In this document: one piece after another, positions 14,298 to 27,679 of the stretch
Layout of the letters: each line of letters opens with the position of its first letter
Numbering within the stretch: position 1 is the first letter of the stretch
Assembly (NCBI GenBank): GCA_964016885.1
Contig: OZ024753.1
Span: 23,436,001-23,500,000, forward strand
Length of the DNA: 64,000 bases
From: Eledone cirrhosa
Lineage: Eukaryota
Direction of reading: 5' to 3'
Made by a program: the position numbers and the translations under genes
Notes under the pieces: model-generated
The model's database searches: none
The model's input: only the letters and a program-made list of their open reading frames with translations
Told to the model about the DNA's origin: nothing

Positions 14298-14436
14298 CAT
14301 CATTTCTGAAGATGGCATGTATATGTGAAGGTATGTATATCCCCTCTGATAATTTGTAATATTTCCTTACATAGATCTTTAACATGATATACATACTAGC
14401 ACACATATATATCCCAGAAACGATCGTAAAATGATG
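14298..14436 (+). ncRNA. Type I hammerhead ribozyme with long stem II
   Basis: CATCATTT-CTGAAGA-tgg..atatgtg..cacatat..cca-GAAA-cgatcg-TA-AAATGATG; perfect 8-bp stem I, palindromic stem III. Confidence 0.82.
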
Positions 14437-14736
14437 CATTTTTCAATATAAGGAACCTGTTCTTTGTTTTTATTTCATTGTTTTTATTAATTTATATATA
14501 TATATATATATAACATATATGTATATATACGTATATATATATACATACTTGTTATATAGTAAGGTGTATTACTGGTTGTGTCATACTGTCCAATAAACTT
14601 TTGTTAGCTATATTAAGTTCTCCACGCTTTTGTATATCTCCAATTCCATTTATGGGAACAGCTAGATGATGTAAAACAGAGTATTTGTATCAAAATAAAG
14701 ATCCGAAGTCCTGGTATGAATTTCCAATCATTTTAA

Positions 14737-14810
14737 TCACGACACATGTTTCAATAAGAGATAGATCGATCGTGTGGTCATGATCGATTATCACTTATCT
14801 CATCAGGTGA
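14737..14810 (-). ncRNA. Type I hammerhead ribozyme
   Basis: Minus strand: TCAC-CTGATGA-gataag..atcgatc..gatcgat..cttatt-GAAA-catgtg-TC-GTGA. Confidence 0.82.
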
Positions 14811-14949
14811 ATAATTAAATGTCTTCAAATCTTTGATATGAGGGAGGAAAAAACTAACGATGTTCACCCACTAAAATGTTGTTCCCCATATGCAGATTAA
14901 GCAGCCAAAACACGCCGACTGATATCGTCTTTAGTCAGGGTCATAAATC

Positions 14950-16846
14950 TATCAACTCTCTATCTCTCAATAGCTGTAAAAACCGCTGGACAGGTCTAAT
15001 TTCAGATAATAAGAACAAGAGGTATCGGACCAGAAATATCCTGGGGTACACCCCCCCCCCGACATACTCCACCGGCCTGGCCACTAGTATAGCCAAGCTT
15101 TTCTTTTGGGCCTTAGACAAATGCTTCCCTAGATCACACAAATACTATAAAATATTCAATAGGAATACTATCAAGTTGTCCTACTCCACAACCAGTAACA
15201 TATCTCAGAATATAGCTAAGATGAATTATAGTAGACTTAGAACAGCCCAGAGCGGGATGAGGCATGGCAGAACTAATAGCAATTCTATGCATGAACGAAC
15301 TCATGCGCGTGAGATGAGTCGGGCCAAACCAACCCCTGGGAACTTACCCATAGAGCAGACAAGAACTGAGACCCGACACCAGAGGTACCGTGGTTCCTCA
15401 GGAACTACCCCGGTCTGAAGCAGAAAATGTAATTGCAGGAACACCGTTACTTGCCTCTTGGCTGGGAAATGCCTCACCAAAAACATAGTCTACGACTGTA
15501 AGGTCTCCACTTTAGATAGAACGTTCAGGTATGTTGGGGCGACTGCCACTGAATTTAAGGATAGATGATATAATTACCGCCATACCTTTAATAGATTAGA
15601 TAAAAAAAAGTAGCACGGCGCTTTCTGAATTAGTCTGGAAGCTTAAACAACCGAATATAGAGCACCCCTTATCCTGGTCCATAGTTTGCTCAGCCCAGCC
15701 ATATAACGGCAACACAGGCGTTTGTAATTTATGTATAGCTGAAACCTTTAATATAATTAGAGGCGGCCCCCTACTAATCAATAGTAGAACTGACTTTTTC
15801 AACACCTGCCAGCATAGAACCTCGAAAACCCTCCTCAGGATTTTTAGAAAGTAACCTACCTTTAACTCCACCCTTTTTACCTTAGCCATAGAGTTCTCTC
15901 AATTAGCAAAACATAGACAATCACACACTCAGGTAGTAGACAGCTAAGATCTTTTGCGCACTTACACACAGTACTCGGTATGTTTCCACAAAGTTCTCAC
16001 AGCTGAGTGCACATTTAACACTACTTTAGAATACCTAGTCAGTAAATAGTTAGAACAATTACACACTCAGTTAAGACCGATTACGCGCATTCACCATTAC
16101 CTTAGGATACGTTAGATTATTCATCCTCTATTCATTATTTTTTTCTCACTTTCATCTAACTTATTCATGCTCATCTCACAATATATCCTTACTTACATTA
16201 CTTCTGTGTTTTTTTAAATAATACATATCAACATTTTCTTTCCATCGCACATATTATTAAACCCTTAAAATTATTCTTAATACATATTAACATTTTCTTT
16301 CCATCGCACATATTATTAAACCCTTAAATATTATTCTTAATACATATTAACAATTTCTTTTCATCGCACATATTATTAAACCCTTCAATATACAAACCTT
16401 AACTTTACATTATTTTTCTCTTCGTTAATTTTCAAATTCTTTTAATTTATACATTATCTTCCAACGGTTTTTCAACCTCTCTATGTAAAACAATATATTT
16501 TTCTCAGTTATAAAAGCTATCTCTCTCTCTCTATCAGCCATCTCTCCTCTTATCTCATCCTTCCTCATTATACTCATCCCCCTCCACTTTTTACTCTCAT
16601 CTCCTCCTCTTTTTCATCCTTTCCAAACCCCCCTCCCTCAAAAAAGTGTTTTCCCCAATATTACACATCAATTTAAAACTACTTTTCATATGTTGATTTA
16701 AAACTGCACTATCCACAAGTGTTTTTAAACTTCATATCATGTCCCCCTATTGTATCTGATGAAAACACAAATGTTATTGCATGATGATATTTGTTTTTGA
16801 AATGCGCATAATAAAATACATGGAACTCATTTAACCATCTTTTGCT

Positions 16847-16850
<4 letters not shown>
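14950..16850 (+). mobile_element. 3' fragment of a second Naiad-type PLE (thumb/linker, GIY-YIG, 3' UTR with HHR)
   Basis: FPRSHKYYKIFNRNTIKLSYSTT; after the TGA at 15416 the frame continues CNCRNTVTCLLAGKCLTKNIVY..YVGATATEFKDR..CNLCIAE..CQH to TAA at ~15853. 59-60 bp repeats x3 at ~16225-16390. Ends in (TA)n. Confidence 0.87.
16748..16818 (+). ncRNA. Type I hammerhead ribozyme in the Naiad 3' end
   Basis: TATTGTAT-CTGATGA-aaacacaaatg..tatttgttttt-GAAA-tgcgca-TA-ATAAAATA. Confidence 0.85.
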
Positions 16851-16929
<79 letters not shown>

Positions 16930-17048
16930 GCAGAAGGGATATTCAATTTGTTGGTAATTCAACAAATATAAATGTTTATAACTGATTCAGAGCACTCGAC
17001 AGTTTCTGGAGTATAATATTCAATGATATTAAATAAATGGAAACTATA

Positions 17049-17353
17049 TTTATAAAACCATATTTATTCTATTATATATATTTCAAGGGTACCAAAACCT
17101 TTAGTACGCTTTCATCAGATAAAATACAAAGTGTGTTTTATCAAATTTGACATAGCCAAGGAACATACCTTAACGGTTGAAGTTTTCTTGGATAATCCAA
17201 GGAAAACTATCCAATGAAAACTTCAACCGTTAAGGTATGTTCCTTGGCTATGTCAAAATTTATAAAACACACTTTGTATTTTATCTGATGAAAGCGTACC
17301 AAAGGTTTTGGTACCCTTGAAATATATATAATAGCATAAATATGGTTTTATAA
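17049..17353. repeat. ~300-bp palindrome with outward-facing HHRs
   Basis: Arms mirror around ~17200; 16927-17190 is the reverse complement of ~52905-53176. Confidence 0.9.
17279..17334 (+). ncRNA. Type I hammerhead ribozyme (mirror 17068-17123 on minus)
   Basis: TTTTAT-CTGATGA-aag c gtaccaaa gg ttttggtac c ctt-GAAA-tatata-TA-ATAG. Confidence 0.88.
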
Positions 17354-17377
17354 TTATAGTTCCCAATTATTTAATAT

Positions 17378-17520
<143 letters not shown>

Positions 17521-17598
17521 TATACATATATATATGTCCCAAGGGTCTGATATCATCAACACTATAAACACAGAGCTGGCATATCTAAGACCTGACTA

Positions 17599-17654
17599 AC
17601 TGCCTGGTGAGGTCATAGCAATTCAATGGCTATTATCGAAATATATATAGCAGT
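17599..17654 (+). ncRNA. Hammerhead motif related to the 8608 family; core CTGGTGA (A6G, probably inactive)
   Basis: ACTGC-CTGGTGA-ggtcatagc..gctattatc-GAAA-tatata-TA-GCAGT. Confidence 0.65.
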
Positions 17655-17695
17655 AAATAAAAGATTATGAGTTCATGCAATTGACTTACGTTTCG

Positions 17696-17786
<91 letters not shown>

Positions 17787-17787
<1 letters not shown>

Positions 17788-19400
17788 CGAATAAGAAAAA
17801 GCGAAGTAGTTTCATATGTTAAAGTCCTTTAATGATAGTGCTGTGATACATATTTCAATGACGTCAGTGGCCACACGGTTCGGTGCGCCCAGGGCCGTGA
17901 CATCATCAGACAGCTTGTTACATATTAAGGTTATGTTTCCGAGGCAATCCAAATTGAATGGACATGGGAACGGACAAAGCGTGTCCTCTTGAGTTCTTCG
18001 CCCGTTCCTTTGTGAGTCGTAATTCACCCCCACCGGTCTGCGCAGGCGCCAGTCCGAAGAAAGTTGACCATCAACTACCGCGGAGTTCTACGAAACTCGC
18101 GTAGGCAGGTCCCCCTCTCAACCAAACAAGACCCATCCAGGCCTGTAATATGACACGGCTATAGTTTACTGCTAGCCACCCCGTTAGTGGCAGCCAGGCG
18201 AAAGCTAGTGGGGGTGGGAGAGTATGAGTATCAATAGGTCTCAATACTCCTCCTAAATTAAGCATAGACAGTAGAATTCACCATATTATCTACAAATTGA
18301 ACGATAGTACCGTACAGTAGAACGGAGGGTATGAAACGTCGTAGTTAGGCGAATACATAGTTAATATCTCTATCACATGGAACAATACAAAAAATACAAA
18401 ATATAAAATACACAAAAAATACAAAATATACATAAAATAGATGCAAAATGAGATAGGAGATGTATATGAGAAACATATACGAGGAAGGTAAACTGTTTGG
18501 AAATAAGTGTATACGTGGTTAATATGATTGTCAATTTGTCCATATAAAGATGTGTTATCTGGTGAAGTGAGGAGGCTTCTTTTCAAGGACTCTGTGCAAA
18601 TGCAATTTGCTGCAGGAAAATAGGGGTTTATCGTTGTTTTTATTTCCGCGTATTTATCCTGTCGAAAGTTAGTTTATAATTGTATGCCCGTCCAGTATCA
18701 GGGATTTCCAGTGTGTGTAGTCAATCCCTATGGTAGAGGGAATTTCCGGGTGTAGCTGATGGCTGGTTCCTTTCTTCTCCACTATATCGGTTACACCATA
18801 GAGCGCTCAACGTTTTGGAGCTAAATTCTTAAGGTAAACATTGATGCAATAGAATTCAAGCACTCAACGTACTTTTTCCACATAGGAGTGACGGAGTATA
18901 TATCGAATAAGAAAAAGCGAAGTAGTTTATGATGTTAAAGTCCTTTAATGATAATGCTGCGATACATATTTTAATGACGACAGTGGCCACACGGTTCGGT
19001 GCGCCCAGTGCCATTGACATCATCAAACAGCTTGTATCATAATACGGTTATGTTTCCGAGGCAATCCAAATTGAATGGACATGGGAAAGGACAAAACGTG
19101 TGCTCTTGAGTTCTTCGCCCGTTCCCTTGTGAATCCCAATTCACCCCCACCGGTCTGCGCAGGCGCAAGTCCGAAAGAAGTTGACCACCAACTACCGCGG
19201 AGTTCTACGAAACTCGCCTAGGCAGGTCCCCCTCTCAACCAAACAATGACCACATCCAGGCCTGTAATACGGCACGGCTATAGTTTACTGCTAGCCACCC
19301 CGTTAGTGGCAGCCGGCCGAAAGCTAGTGGGGGTGGGAGACTATGAGTATCAATAGGTCTCAATACTATCCCTAAATTAAGCATGAACAGTAGAATTGAT
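17787..19400 (-). mobile_element. Non-coding retrozyme-like element: two ~490-bp direct repeats, period ~1116 bp
   Basis: 17787-18278 recurs at 18903-19397; each carries an HHR motif on minus; no credible ORF; flanked by (TA)n. Confidence 0.78.
17840..17914 (-). ncRNA. Type I hammerhead ribozyme (second copy ~18956-19031 is decayed)
   Basis: Minus strand: GCTGT-CTGATGA-tgtcacggcc..ggccactgacgtcatt-GAAA-tatgta-TC-ACAGC. Confidence 0.82.
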
Positions 19401-19446
19401 CATCAACCGCTAAGAGAATATATACTTATTTCTAGGTATATATACG

Positions 19447-19498
<52 letters not shown>

Positions 19499-19611
19499 TA
19501 TATATATATATTAGTAAAAAGGAAAAGAAAATGCTGACAAATATTTCCCAGTGAAAAATAGTTTAATTAAGAATAAGTATAAATTATTAATAAGTATTGG
19601 TTACTATTCAG

Positions 19612-19780
19612 TTTTAGTTTAAGTTTTTACCGTTTGCGCATTTCTAATGCTTTTGAAAAATAATTTTGTGATAGAGCGCTCGTGATGTTTGCTCTAATTA
19701 GAGCAAACATCACGAGCGTTCTATCACAAAATTATTTTTCAAAAGCATTAGAAATGCGCAACCGGTAAAAACTTAAAACA
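19612..19780. repeat. ~170-bp palindrome; left arm (from ~19510) homologous to 32958-33150
   Basis: Mirror around TTTGCTCTAATTAGAGCAAA (~19698). Confidence 0.85.
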
Positions 19781-19789
19781 ATAATAAGC

Positions 19790-20390
19790 AATTGGAGCGT
19801 TTCCATCAGATGTGTCTCAGACGGATCCATGGCGTTCACTGGAGGGACCACATCAGTGATGTCGAGATTTTGGAAAGCTCTATGTGTGACAGTATGGAAG
19901 CTCTAGTGCTTAAGCAACGACTCCGTTGGAGTGGTCACCTTGCCAGGATGAAGGATTCTGGAATACCAAAACAACTCTTTTATGGAGAGTTGGTTAAAGG
20001 AAAACGACGGCCACATAAACCAAAAATGAGGTATAAGGATTCCTTGAAAGCCTCTCTGAAAGACACTAACATCTCTGCTGAGACATCGGAAAATATTGCT
20101 GCTGATCGTAATAAATGGAGGAAGACTGTATCTGAGGGAAAAGTTGCCTTTGAGGCATCTCGAATCGCATACGAGAAAGTAAAGCGGGATGTGAGAAAGG
20201 GCATTGCTGTTGCACTTCCAGAGAGCGAGGGTCCTCCTATGGTGCTGACTTGCAGCGTCTGTGCGAGACTCTGCCTAAGAAAAGCTGGACTCGAAAGTCA
20301 TCTTCGCAGTCATAAAGTAAGACCAGTGGTTGACTACCAGGCTGCTGTTGGAGATGCTACTCATCATGCTTGCCAAACATGTGGTAGAGA

Positions 20391-20393
<3 letters not shown>
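19790..20393 (+). mobile_element. RTE-clade LINE 3' fragment with C2H2 fingers
   Basis: LERFHQMCLRRI..RLRWSGHLARM..PKQLFYGEL..CSVCARLCLRKAGLESHLRSH. Confidence 0.9.
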
Positions 20394-20433
<40 letters not shown>

Positions 20434-20515
20434 CTCTACGGTTCTTATATATTTGATATATATTTATCCTTATCGAGCCCTCTTTGGATTTTGTCTTCAA
20501 ATTTATTATTATTAC

Positions 20516-20573
<58 letters not shown>

Positions 20574-20739
20574 TATATAAGATACACTTATATAAGATAT
20601 TAAGGAAGACCGCTGGTATAAATAGAGCGTCCTTCGGCCAGCTCACTCAACAGATCTAGTGAATCTAAACTATAATAAAGTAAGGGGTGCGGGACTACGT
20701 CTAGATTATATTTTTTCATCCCGTTTGTAAAATAATATA

Positions 20740-20772
<33 letters not shown>

Positions 20773-20843
20773 TATATGTATATATACATATATTTACATA
20801 TATATAAATATATTATATATATATATATGTATATACGCATATA

Positions 20844-21010
<167 letters not shown>

Positions 21011-21432
21011 GTATATATATATAAGTATATATATATATATTATATATATGTGTATAATGTTTATATTATATATTTATGTATAGATGTATTATATATGTAT
21101 GTATATATATATTATATATATATGTATATATATATTATATATGTATATATATATTATATATATATATTATATATGTATATATATATATTATATATGTATA
21201 TATATATATTATATATGTATATATATATATATATTATATGTATATATTATATATATTATATATGTATATATATATACATATATATATACATATATATATT
21301 ATATATTATATATGTAAATATATATATATTATATGTATATATATATATATATATAAGTAGTGAACTATTCGTCGAAAATTGAAAAGGTCATATCAGTGAA
21401 GAGTGCTCTATGTAAGTACCAGAGCAAAATTT

Positions 21433-22279
21433 AATGTATAATAAACAATACAATATAATTACCTCATTAGCAGAGGTTTCCCGAATAAGACGAATACGAA
21501 AAACGTCCTCATTCGTTCGTCGGACAAGGCAATTTAAAACATACTGAAATATTTGGAAAGTCTCCTCAAGAAATGCAAAAAATATATAAATAAAAGTAAT
21601 GCAAGAGATATATAAAAAAAATATAAAATAAATATTTAAAAAAATAAAAAATAAGGAAATATAGTTAGGGTATGTGTATATGTATGTATATACACTCACA
21701 AATGTACATATGTGTGTATGTACAAATGCATGTGTATGGTGAAAATGTGTGCGTAAGTACATATATGAGGGCAAGTATATATATGTATATGTGACCACAA
21801 ATACGTATATAATATGAGTTGAAAAAGAAATTGTATGATAATATAGTTGACACGCATCCAGATACAGGTATTAAATACACATACGAGTATGAAAGCACGC
21901 GTATAAACACACACACACCCGCGGTCACTTATATGCGGAAGATAAAGAGGGAAGGGAGTGTAATAGTAAAAAGAAGTGTCATTCTCGATATATGTATAAA
22001 AATGAAACAATATATGAGAATGAAAAAATGTTTAAATCAAAGAGAAAGTATATTTCCTTATATTTTTTTTTATATATTTTTTTTTATATTATTTTTTTTT
22101 TATATATCTCTTCCATTACTTTTATTTATATATTTTTTGCATTTCTTGAGGAGACTTTCCAAATATTTCAGTATGTTTTAAATTGCCTTGTCCGACGAAC
22201 GAATGAGGACGTTTTTCGTATTCGTCTTATTCGGGAAACCTCTGGTAATGAGGTAATTATATTGTATTGTTTATTATAC

Positions 22280-22282
<3 letters not shown>
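21433..22282. repeat. Head-to-head inverted repeat (~230-bp arms, ~390-bp spacer) with HHRs
   Basis: 21433-21660 is the reverse complement of ~22050-22282. Confidence 0.9.
22181..22258 (+). ncRNA. Hammerhead ribozyme, C4 core variant (mirror 21457-21534 on minus)
   Basis: AATTGCCTTGT-CCGACGA-a cgaatgag..cttattcg g-GAAA-cc tct gg-TA-ATGAGGTAATT; 11-bp stem I including G-U pairs. Confidence 0.75.
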
Positions 22283-22317
<35 letters not shown>

Positions 22318-22342
22318 AGATATATATATGTATATATATACC

Positions 22343-23282
22343 ATAACTTGGTATAATTTCACCCACCATGTAGAAATCTTATAATGAAACGATTTGTTTG
22401 GGAAATGAGATCTTTAATATATGTCATATAAAATAATACAGCAAATTATCCACACAATACAATATAGTTAGCACTCCAAACGTTTAATTGGGAATATACT
22501 CTGGTATTTCCTAATGTTTGTTGAGTGAGTTGGAAATTGGTCGGAGTATCGCTAATAGCTTTCTCCGTTTATGTATTTATGTATTATACTCTTGGAGTAC
22601 CAGGCATGAACTTTACCGATATAAGGTATGACTCTCTTTGTTTATTTATTTATTTTTTATATGAATATTGATTGTTTGTTCCTGTATCACATATCTGTTA
22701 TTTTGCCTGAGAAAATATCTCTATGTGTCCTTAAACAGTACTCACATATACTTATTTTTTCATATCCAATTGAGTTCTCCGCACGAGGCTTAACTTCTTG
22801 TCAGAGTTCAATGACCTGCGCGTGTATTATTTTTGGTGGTAACCTTCTCCTCCCATTTTCGGGAGAGTGTGAGATTTTCTTTAGAACTGCTGGACTTACA
22901 ACCTAACAGTTCCTTCTAGCACTGATGGTGATTATCGCTAAATATTGATATTGATTTGGTTATTAATATTAATATTAATGGGCACCCACTGAAGATTTGT
23001 AAGAGCCCACTTGAATAAGAATCCATTGATCTTACACAAGCTTCTACATAACTTAGTATAATTTCACCCACCATGTAGAAATCTTATAATGAGACGATTC
23101 GTTTAGGAAATGAGATCTTTAATATATCTCATATAAAATAATACAGCCAATTATCCACACAATACAATATAGTTAGCACTCCAAACGTTTAATATATACT
23201 CTGGTATTTCCTAATGTTTGTTGAGTGAGTTGGAATTTGGCCGGAGTATCGCTAATAGCTTTCTCCGTTTATGTATTTATGT
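22343..23282 (+). mobile_element. Non-coding tandem unit (period ~705 bp, ~1.3 copies) with an HHR motif, between (TA)n tracts
   Basis: 22343-22582 recurs at 23047-23282. HHR-like CCCA-CTGAAGA-t ttgtaaga..tcttataa t-GA(A/G)A-cgattcg-TT-T(G/A)GG at 22985-23107. Confidence 0.65.
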
Positions 23283-23333
23283 GTATATATATATAGATAT
23301 TTGATATATATATATGTATATATATTTCATATA

Positions 23334-23452
<119 letters not shown>

Positions 23453-23459
23453 AGTGCTA

Positions 23460-25145
23460 CCATGACATAGATTGATGATTAAGTAAATAATTTATTATTA
23501 AGTGACTATATATTCTATAAGATGAGTACAATTAATTATGCACAGGTGATACATGAGTTTGGAGTTTCTGTGTTGCTTGATGACCAGATTAGTGTCTTTT
23601 GACGAGAGAACGGGTCCCCGGACCACCCTGGTGATATTTGAATTTACCAGGGATTCAGTCATACAATGACCCGAAACTTGCCGGGAGTAATAGGACCCTT
23701 AATAGTAATAAGACCCTTATTAGTAGTGAGATCCATATACATATAATTAATTTTGAAGTCCGACTCTTCTTATAGATTGTCCAGGTGTGGGCACTCCATA
23801 TTAGATTATAATCATCATGATATGAACTCCTTTAGTACTTATTAATAGACTCCACTCTAATTTGTAGATAAGAAACCTAATTTAATTTATATATGAGATG
23901 GGAGTTTATGTATTGCTTGATGACCAGACTCGTGTCTTTATATGAGAGAATTGATCTTCAGATTACCCAGAGGATATTCAAATTGGCCATGGATTCAGAC
24001 ATATAATGACCCAGAGCTTACCGGGAGTCATATATAATAATAGGACCCTGCCAGGTTCTGCGGGTGGAATACACTTACAAATAACATTGATTTGGAGGTC
24101 TGACTATTCTTATAGAATGTTCAGATATGACACCCCTTAATAGAAGGTAATCATCCTGGTAGTACTTCTTAATAGACTACACGGTAACCTAATCTAGAAA
24201 TTATTTATAACATCATATAATAGGCACTTATTTGAAACACCATTAGTGTAATTTAGGATAATAAATTTAACTAAGAAAACCAGCTAGTTACCTCCCCTTA
24301 CGCATTAACTCCCCTTGGTCACGTACACACTTCCGGAATATAATATCATCACACAACTAAACAACATGACCTATTGATTAAGAATCGACAAGATATGGTT
24401 TATAACTTGGTTATATGCTGAACCATCGTGGATTATATGATAGACCCGTGGTCTACATATTACGTCTCATGGATTATGTGAGTGGTGGTGTGCGCGGGGA
24501 CAGTGGTACTGTTTTGCCTACGCTATAATGTTTTATAATATGTTTGATATTTTTGATATTTTGGTATTTCTCTACATTCGGGATTGTATACCATATAGGT
24601 GTATGCGAAAAAAATGATTTAACAATTCAGCTCACATAATACTCTCGATTGCCTGCTTCAACTGCCTGATCCTGCAACTAACAATCTGCCGCACTCTAAT
24701 CCTGTATAAATAAGACACGCGTGCATGCTACACGTGAGATTGTTTCATACACTGACTACTCTAAACTTTCCTCTCGCTTTATCTTCATAAACTGCCAATG
24801 TTTTATTTTTATTTTTATTTTTATTTTTATTTTTATTTTTATTTTTATTTTTATTTTTATTTTTATTTTTATTTTTATTTTTATTTTTATTTTTATTTTT
24901 TTTTTTTTTTTTATTTTTTTTTTTTTTTTTTTTAATATGTAAATTGCCATGCTATATCATTTTGATGGATGTCATCCCACTGTGGGTCAATATATGCATA
25001 TGTTTTTATATGTCTCTTGTGTTGAAAAGGAGGTCAAGTATGTTATAGATCACTAAATAGTTGCTCCGAACAATCCAAACCTCGGTTTGGAGGAAACAAT
25101 TGTAAGCAAATAAATTATTTAAACTGAACTTTGATTATTGTAATC
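23460..25145 (+). mobile_element. Non-coding PLE-type repeat ending in an HHR; internal ~340-bp duplication and (TTTTTA)n
   Basis: Diverged inverted copy at ~26320-27370; internal repeat ~23560 vs ~23900; HHR at 25061. Confidence 0.62.
25061..25109 (+). ncRNA. Hammerhead motif, C4 variant (related copy 26357-26404 on minus has core CCGAAGA)
   Basis: TTGCT-CCGAACA-a tccaaacc tc ggtttgga g-GAAA-caattg-TA-AGCAA. Confidence 0.7.
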
Positions 25146-25153
25146 TCTATATA

Positions 25154-25186
<33 letters not shown>

Positions 25187-25377
25187 ATATGTATAATATA
25201 TACATTATACACATATATATAATATATATAATATATATATAAAATATACATATATAATATATATATATAATATATATATACATATATATATAATATATAT
25301 ATAATACACATATATATAATATATATATATACATATATATAAAAAAAAAATATATATATATACATATATATATATAT

Positions 25378-25411
<34 letters not shown>

Positions 25412-26142
25412 ATACAATAACAGAGATAGTTTAAAGCTAAACTCTGACTGGTAACCATCTCACTCAACAAACATTAGGTTATATTAAAATATAAACCCAA
25501 TTTAAGTGTTTGGGGTGCTAACAAAATGTATAATGTGGAAAAACCAATTGTATTATTTTATGAGATATAATTAAAGTTAAAGTATATCTCTCTTTCCAAA
25601 CAATTTTTTCATTATAAGTTTTCTACAAGTTTGGGAGAATGTTTCCAGATTATGTAGAAGCCTAATATATATTCATGTAAGAATATATTTAGGTGGGCAC
25701 TTATAAATCGTCAGTGGAAGCCCATTAAACATTTATATAAGAAAACAAATTTCTTACCGCTGTTAAAAATCATGTCCGTAAAGTAGCTCTCTCACGCCTC
25801 GAATGACCGCCAAATTTGAAATTCCAGCAGTTTTTGACTGAGGAAGTATCATAGCGACACGAAGCGGGAAGGGGAGACAACCCACGAAATGAGGAAAAAA
25901 ATAATATACACGCGGGTTAATTAGTTTTTTTGAAAACATTATCAATCCGACGTGTTTAAGAACTCAATTGAAAATAAAAAAATAAATATATGCTTGTATA
26001 AATTACACACGCATATAGATATATTCTTAGGCTAAATCAGAAGTTGTACCCGAATAAGAACTGCTTCTCATAACCGCAGTAAATGCAGAAAGTTATGCTA
26101 TAAAGGGCAAATGGGAATGTATATATATATATTTTTTTTTTT

Positions 26143-26174
<32 letters not shown>

Positions 26175-26319
26175 TTATTTTTATATATATATGTATATAT
26201 ATATTATATATATGTGTATTATATATATATAATATATATATGTATATATATATTATATATATATATTATATATATGTGTATAATGTATATATTATATATA
26301 TATATTTTTTTTAATATAG

Positions 26320-27370
26320 AATTCACATGAATCAAAGTTCTGTTCAGACCATTTATTAGCTTACAATTGTTTCATCCAAACCGAGGTTTGGGTCTTCGGA
26401 ACAATTTTTCAATGTTTGTTTACATACATGACCTCCCTTCCAACACAAGAGACATACAGATACATATGTATATATTGATGCACAGTGGGGTGACATCCAT
26501 TATATTGTTTTTGAATGGCAATTTAAATTCAAAAATTAAAATCATATTAAAACAGAATCAATGCAAAATTAAAATTAAAATGCAACATCGGCAGTTTACG
26601 AGGAGAATGCAAGAGGATAGTTTGTTAGTCAGTTGTAGTAGTTATTGCATGCAATAGTTACACGTGGGGCATGCACGTGTGTCTTATTTATATATGATTA
26701 TTGTGCGGCAAGGTGTTATATGCAATACAAGCACTTTAAGCGGGTAATCAAGAGTATTATGGAGGTTGTAGTGGTAAAGTATTTTTTGTGTATGATAATG
26801 AAGCTTGTGTGCAGAGAAATATTATAAATGAGAAGCAAAATAATGTTATGGTTTTTGTATACACCACCATTTTCACTATTCAGGAAACGTAATATATAGT
26901 TTATATGTCCTTCACATAATTAACGATGATTCAGTATTGGATGTTTGATGTATTAAGTTAAATTATTACAGCTTGTTGCGGCTCAGTGTTCTTTAATCCA
27001 ATTTTATAGAGCAGGTTGTTTTTGTTGCGAGAATTTACATCGTTTTATTTTCCGGAAGTATGTGTGTGATTAAGGGGAGTTAATGCGTGAGGGGAGGTAA
27101 CTAGCTGATTTCTGTAACTAAATTTATTATTCCAATGTACATTAAAAGGTGTCTCAATTGAGTCCCTTATATATATGATTATATACAGTTTCCAAATTTA
27201 AGTATCCTATCTTTAAAGTACAGTCTACTCTATCATGAAGTACTAAAGGTATCTATATTAGGATGATTACTCCCTATCATAAAGTGCTACAACTGAATAT
27301 TCCATACGAAGAGTCAGATCTCCATATCAATGTTCTTTGTAAATGTAGTCTACTCACAGAACCTGACAGG
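26320..27370 (-). mobile_element. Diverged inverted copy of the 24050-25145 repeat
   Basis: For example TAAGGGGAGTTAATGCGTGAGGGGAGGTAACTAGCTG (27071) mirrors ~24281-24318. Confidence 0.75.
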
Positions 27371-27679
27371 TTCTGTGAGTAGAACAACTGATGTTATTAC
27401 ATTGAGCTATTTATCTTACTGGTAATAAGGTAGTAATATATTACTGTCTTTCACTGCTTAGGGTTTAAAATATATATGACTATAAAAAGTTTTAGTATAT
27501 ATATAACCATAAATAGTATCCTTAATACTATTTTTTTATATATATATCTATACATATATATATTATATATATGTGCATAATGTATATATTATATATATGT
27601 GTATAATGTATATTATATATATATATATATATAAAATAATTAAGTCAAATATGTAAAATTTGGCTTCGTTTATTATAGT

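Noticed and set aside
15416-15570. In-frame TGA codons in a Naiad GIY-YIG frame as selenocysteine (some Naiads are selenoproteins)
   Set aside because: The two TGAs fall in the linker and at the aromatic position of FKDR-x-YN, not at conserved Cys. The Cys positions use TGT/TGC and I saw no SECIS. The 56811 ORF has no internal TGA.
16224-16390. 59-60 bp repeats as a CRISPR-like array
   Set aside because: Contiguous tandem copies without unique spacers, inside a PLE 3' UTR.
18235-18270. CCTAAATTAAGCAT resembling the 28S rRNA 5' region
   Set aside because: Match too short; flanks do not follow rRNA.
25760-25920. Possible piggyBac end (TTAACCC on minus at ~25920)
   Set aside because: No partner inverted repeat found.
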